Source of the DNA: Candidatus Sulfomarinibacteraceae bacterium
GTDB taxonomy: Bacteria; Acidobacteriota; Thermoanaerobaculia; Thermoanaerobaculales; Sulfomarinibacteraceae
DNA: 64,000 nt
Direction of reading: 5' to 3'
NCBI GenBank assembly: GCA_963796455.1
Contig: CAWCLO010000001.1
Span: forward strand, 1,216,001-1,280,000
A program made the position numbers and the translations under genes. Positions within the stretch are counted from its first letter, which is position 1; every line of letters starts with the position of its first letter. The notes beneath the pieces are model-generated. The model was not told the origin of the DNA, searched no databases, and worked only from the letters and a program-made list of their open reading frames with translations. Below are positions 60,422-64,000 of the stretch, one piece after another.

Positions 60422-60489
60422 GTACAATCAAGAAATACCGCAACCGTTTTATCGGTTCTCTGCTGCAGAAGAAGAAACAGGAGGAAAAC

Positions 60490-60972
60490 ATGAAGCGCCT
60501 CGCACTCACCGCACTCACCGCCATCCTCGCCCTCGCCGTCGCCTCGCCCGCAGCGGCTCATTGTCAGATTCCCTGTGGGATCTACGACGACGAACTTCGA
60601 GTCCAGCTCATTGAGGAGCACATCACCACCGTCGAAAAAAGCATGAAGCAGATCCAGGCTCTGGGGTCCGCCGAATCAGTGGATTACAACCAGTTGATTC
60701 GCTGGGTGGACAACAAAGAAAAACACGCCCAGGAGATCCAGGACATCGTCACCGCCTACTTCATGGCGCAGCGCATCAAACCATCCACCGATCACGATGA
60801 CGAAAAGGCGATGAACGAGTACATGCACAAGCTCGCAATTCTGCATGCCATCCAGATCCACGCCATGAAAGCCAAGCAGAGCACCGATCTGGAACAGATC
60901 GAGAAGCTGCGCGAGCTGACCAAGATGTTCCGCAAGGCGTACTTTGGGGAAGAAGAAGCTCACGAACACTAG
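60490..60972 (+). CDS. sodN: Nickel superoxide dismutase with signal peptide
   Basis: Ni-hook HCQIPCGIYD directly after an AAA cleavage site; RWVDNKEKHA, AMKAKQ. Confidence 0.9.
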   Translation: MKRLALTALTAILALAVASPAAAHCQIPCGIYDDELRVQLIEEHITTVEKSMKQIQALGSAESVDYNQLIRWVDNKEKHAQEIQDIVTAYFMAQRIKPSTDHDDEKAMNEYMHKLAILHAIQIHAMKAKQSTDLEQIEKLRELTKMFRKAYFGEEEAHEH

Positions 60973-60975
60973 CTC

Positions 60976-61071
60976 GAGTTCGGAATTCGGAGTTCGGAGT
61001 TCAGCATTGCCGAGAACCCACCCACGGCGGCAACTGGGGTGGGATGAAGACTCCCAACTCATAATTCGCAA
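60976..61071. repeat. Degenerate inverted heptamer arrays (TTCGGAG family)
   Basis: GAGTTCGGAATTCGGAGTTCGGAGTTC left arm; degenerate right arm. Confidence 0.6.
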
Positions 61072-61205
61072 TACGATCAGCGGACAGAATTCACCGTTGA
61101 TCAGTGGAACCCCTTAAGGATGCCCACGAACCGTGCAGTTCACTCCCGCCCTTCCTCGCCGCAGTAAAATGCTTGAAGAGGCGATTCAGCGGAATGGAGA
61201 CATTG

Positions 61206-61403
61206 ATGGGACGGGCAGATAAATCAGTCCGAGTCTTCGGTTCATTTGAAGAGGAGAATCGGGCGGAGCGCCGACGACTTGCCGAGATGACACCCGAAGA
61301 GAGGTGCACCGAACTCGCTGTACTTCAAGAACGATTCTGGGGCGAGCTCTGGACATCGGTACCGATGAGAAAAGTGGCGTCCTGGGAGAAAATGAACCGG
61401 TGA
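61206..61403 (+). CDS. Small hypothetical protein upstream of nucleotidyltransferase
   Basis: SFEEE...MTPEER; 7-nt gap to next ORF. Confidence 0.55.
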   Translation: MGRADKSVRVFGSFEEENRAERRRLAEMTPEERCTELAVLQERFWGELWTSVPMRKVASWEKMNR

Positions 61404-61410
61404 GGAAGCG

Positions 61411-61868
61411 ATGCTGTTCACGACCGAAATGAAAGAACTGCTGAGGCTGTTCGATAAACATCGCGTCGAGTACGTCCTGGTCGATGGCTATGCGGTCAAT
61501 TACTACGGTTACGTGCGGACGACCCAGGATATTGACCTCCTGGTTTTCCCTGAACCCAATAATGCAGAACGCGTCTTGGCCGCTTTGACCGACTTCGGGT
61601 TCGGTTCGGCGGGCATCCCAGAGAGTCTGTTCAAACAGGAAGGGGGGCGGTTCATCTCGGATCGGAGCCGAATCGAATCGACCTCTTGACCTCGCTCAAA
61701 GGTGTCAGCAACACCGCCGTATTCGAGGCAGCTCATCGGGTCGAACTCGAGGGTGTTTCAGTCAGGGTTATCTCACTTCACCACCTCGTGGAGGCCAAAC
61801 GAGCCTCCGATCGCGCGCGCGACCTCGCCGACGTCGACGAACTTCTGAAGATCAACGAGGTGCGCTGA
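61411..61868 (+). pseudogene. Nucleotidyltransferase-like gene split by a frameshift
   Basis: LVDGYAVNYYGYVRTTQDIDL in frame 1; PNRIDLLT...LVEAKRASDRARDLAD in another frame; shift at the G6 run 61642-61647. Confidence 0.75.
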
Positions 61869-62063
61869 GGTCACCCGGCGCATTTTCGCCGCAGCAGGGG
61901 CTCTCTTTGCATCCCCGCTGCCAAGGGCACTCCGACTCCTGCGACGGCGAGCAGCGACGGCCGCGGCATGACCTGGCGGCTCCTCCATCCCGCCGATTGA
62001 ATTCTGTCACGGTTGGCCGTCGTGGATCCCGGTCGCCGTTCACCGCCGCCTTCCCAGCAGTAC

Positions 62064-62115
62064 TTGACATCTTTGGTTTTGAGGATATATTGTCTGAAGT
62101 GCTACAAAAGTAGCA
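62064..62115 (+). promoter_or_regulatory. Sigma70 promoter and BlaI-type operator
   Basis: TTGACA-N16-TATATT; palindrome TGCTAC-AAAA-GTAGCA at 62100-62115. Confidence 0.65.
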
Positions 62116-62145
62116 GTACTGCGAACACAGTAGCAGGAGATCAAA

Positions 62146-62538
62146 ATGCCGAACGACCACACGCTCCCCGAACTCTCCCCCGCCGAGCTCGACCTCATGA
62201 AGATCCTCTGGGCTTCGGGCCAGTCGCGCGCCCGCGACGTCCACACCCAACTGAACTCGTCCTATCAGTGGGCCTACTCCACCACCCGGACCATGCTCGA
62301 ACGCATGGTCAAGAAGGGTTATCTCGAACGGGAGACCTTCCACGGCGTGATCCTCTATAACCCTCTCATCTCTCGGCCGCGGGGCCTGGCCCACCTCGTC
62401 CGCGACTTCAGCAAGCGCGTACTCGAAGCGGATCCCGCTTCAGTCGTCTCCCTTTTCGCCGACGGTTCGGCGCTTTCGGCCGACGAAGTCGCGGAGATGA
62501 CGGATCTGCTCGATCAACTCGAGGAGGATGAGCCGTGA
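62146..62538 (+). CDS. BlaI/MecI/CopY family repressor
   Basis: LSPAELDLMKILW, WAYSTTRTMLERMVKKGYL. Confidence 0.92.
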   Translation: MPNDHTLPELSPAELDLMKILWASGQSRARDVHTQLNSSYQWAYSTTRTMLERMVKKGYLERETFHGVILYNPLISRPRGLAHLVRDFSKRVLEADPASVVSLFADGSALSADEVAEMTDLLDQLEEDEP

Positions 62539-64000
62539 GTCTCGCGGCGGTGAATCTGCTGGCGCCTGATCTGCTTCAGGCGGCCATCGTCCAGGTCCTC
62601 TATTCGTCGATTCTCGCAGCAGTGGTGATGATCGGTCTTCGGCTGCTGCGAGTTCGCGCGCCGTTGATACGAGAGGCGGCATGGTCTCTCGTCCTGCTCA
62701 GGCTGATGGTTCCACCAGGCTGGCATTCCGGCTTCAGCATCCGCGGTCTTCTCGATTCCTGGCTCGCCGCCGACCCGGCCGCGGGCGGCGTCCGGAGCTT
62801 CGCCCAGGCGATCGTCGTGTCCGGCCAACAACAACCGGCCGCCCTGCCACCCGCTTTCGGCTGGCAAACTCTCGTCGCTCTCGGTTGGATCGGCGTCGTC
62901 GCCGCAATCACGGTCCTCCTGTTCCTCCGCATGAACCACTACAACCGGATCTGCCGGAGGGCCTTCGCTGTCGACGACCCGACGCTGCTCGAAATGCTGG
63001 CCGATTGGAAGGCGCGGCTCGGCGTGCGCCGAACCATCCGCCTGGTTTCGTCGGGCGCCTCGCTGTCACCCTTCACCTCGGGAAGCCTGCGGCCGTCGAT
63101 CTTCCTGCCTGAGTCCGCGATGGCCTGGGACCGCCAAACTCTCGACTCGATCATCGGCCACGAGATGGTCCATATCGCACGGTGGGACGAGGTCCGGATT
63201 CTCGTAACCAACCTCATCCGCACGATCCACTTTTTCAACCCGGTGGCCTGGCTGGCCGCCATCGAGCTCGGGCAGGCCCGTGAGGAACGGTGCGACGAGG
63301 TGGTGGTCCGCACCGGTGCGGTCGCCGCACGCGATTACCGCCGCAGCCTCGTGGACATCCTCAGGTTGAACCAACCCGGGCAACCGACCTTCGATGCCAT
63401 CGTCGGTCTCATTGACAGAAAGGAAGGAATCAAAATGCGCGTCGTCTCCATCCAAAGCGAAGCCCTGCCCAGAAAAATCCGACCCCTGCCGGTCCTTCTC
63501 GGCACGATCCTCGCAGCCGTGCTACTCGTGCCGATGGCGCCGGCCGAGCGACCCCCCACCCCGCGCCAGAGCCCGGGTGGAGATTCGGATTCGACGGATA
63601 TGCAGCCGAAAGGGCGAGTCTCCGTCGGGTTTGGGAGGTTCGAACCGAAAGGTTCCAACGTCAGGTTGCCATCGCGATCTGAAGGAGCGGACCCTGAGTA
63701 CACGGAGCCGGCCCTCGCCGAAGGCACGATCGGAACGGCCAAGCTACAGTTGACAATCGGCACCGACGGCGTGCCCCGGGACATCGAGGTGGTACAGGGG
63801 CTCCCCAATGGTCTGACCGAGGCCGCCCTCGAGGCAGTTCGAGCGTGGAGATTTCGGCCCGCGCTCCGATTCGACGAACCCATCGAGATGACGATGCAGA
63901 CCTTCATCGTGTTCAGCATCTTCGACGGCACACCGGAGAACCTGGAACCTGTGCTGGTGACCGAGGTCGAATCGCTTATGCCCTACGGCATCACCCTCAC
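62535..64000 (+). CDS. BlaR1-type M56 peptidase fused to TonB C-terminal domain (runs off window)
   Basis: Manual translation from GTGA overlap: SPF, HEMVH, FFNP, REERCD; then PEYTEPA...AVRAWRFRPA. Confidence 0.88.
   Translation, partial: MSLAAVNLLAPDLLQAAIVQVLYSSILAAVVMIGLRLLRVRAPLIREAAWSLVLLRLMVPPGWHSGFSIRGLLDSWLAADPAAGGVRSFAQAIVVSGQQQPAALPPAFGWQTLVALGWIGVVAAITVLLFLRMNHYNRICRRAFAVDDPTLLEMLADWKARLGVRRTIRLVSSGASLSPFTSGSLRPSIFLPESAMAWDRQTLDSIIGHEMVHIARWDEVRILVTNLIRTIHFFNPVAWLAAIELGQAREERCDEVVVRTGAVAARDYRRSLVDILRLNQPGQPTFDAIVGLIDRKEGIKMRVVSIQSEALPRKIRPLPVLLGTILAAVLLVPMAPAERPPTPRQSPGGDSDSTDMQPKGRVSVGFGRFEPKGSNVRLPSRSEGADPEYTEPALAEGTIGTAKLQLTIGTDGVPRDIEVVQGLPNGLTEAALEAVRAWRFRPALRFDEPIEMTMQTFIVFSIFDGTPENLEPVLVTEVESLMPYGITL

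Noticed and set aside
62146..64000. BlaI/BlaR1-TonB as a novel system or a beta-lactam resistance locus
   Set aside because: M56-TonB fusions with BlaI are a known architecture; no beta-lactamase or penicillin-binding domain is visible

Overview
GC-rich bacterial chromosomal segment with about 55 CDS. I found no rRNA, tRNA, CRISPR array, transposase, integrase or reverse transcriptase. Gene content loosely suggests a sediment Acidobacteriota-like organism (inference only). Main content: the end of a hopanoid locus (hpnB fragment, plus a tightly coupled shc-hpnG-hypothetical-ade-SDR operon), two acyl-CoA dehydrogenases, an acyl-ACP thioesterase, a heterodimeric ABC exporter, hpt/5'-nucleotidase/mqnA, priA, TolC, two POT-like MFS transporters, a MoxR AAA+ pair, a MacAB-like operon, a znuACB-like operon led by an RHH/Cys protein, a signal-peptide Ni-SOD, a frameshifted nucleotidyltransferase and blaI/blaR1-TonB. 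The most striking signal is intergenic. (i) A ~850-890 bp element with terminal inverted repeats carries a four-helix-bundle (Avd/23S-IVP-like) gene behind a highly conserved RBS-sequestering hairpin; there are 2 intact and 2 internally deleted copies and no mobilising enzyme in the window. (ii) A ~500 bp composite palindrome/octamer-repeat element has 3 near-full and 2 partial copies, all in the same polarity. (iii) Inverted heptamer-array hairpins recur, including one in every gap of the MacAB-like operon. All product calls come from motif recognition by eye; no database searches were run.
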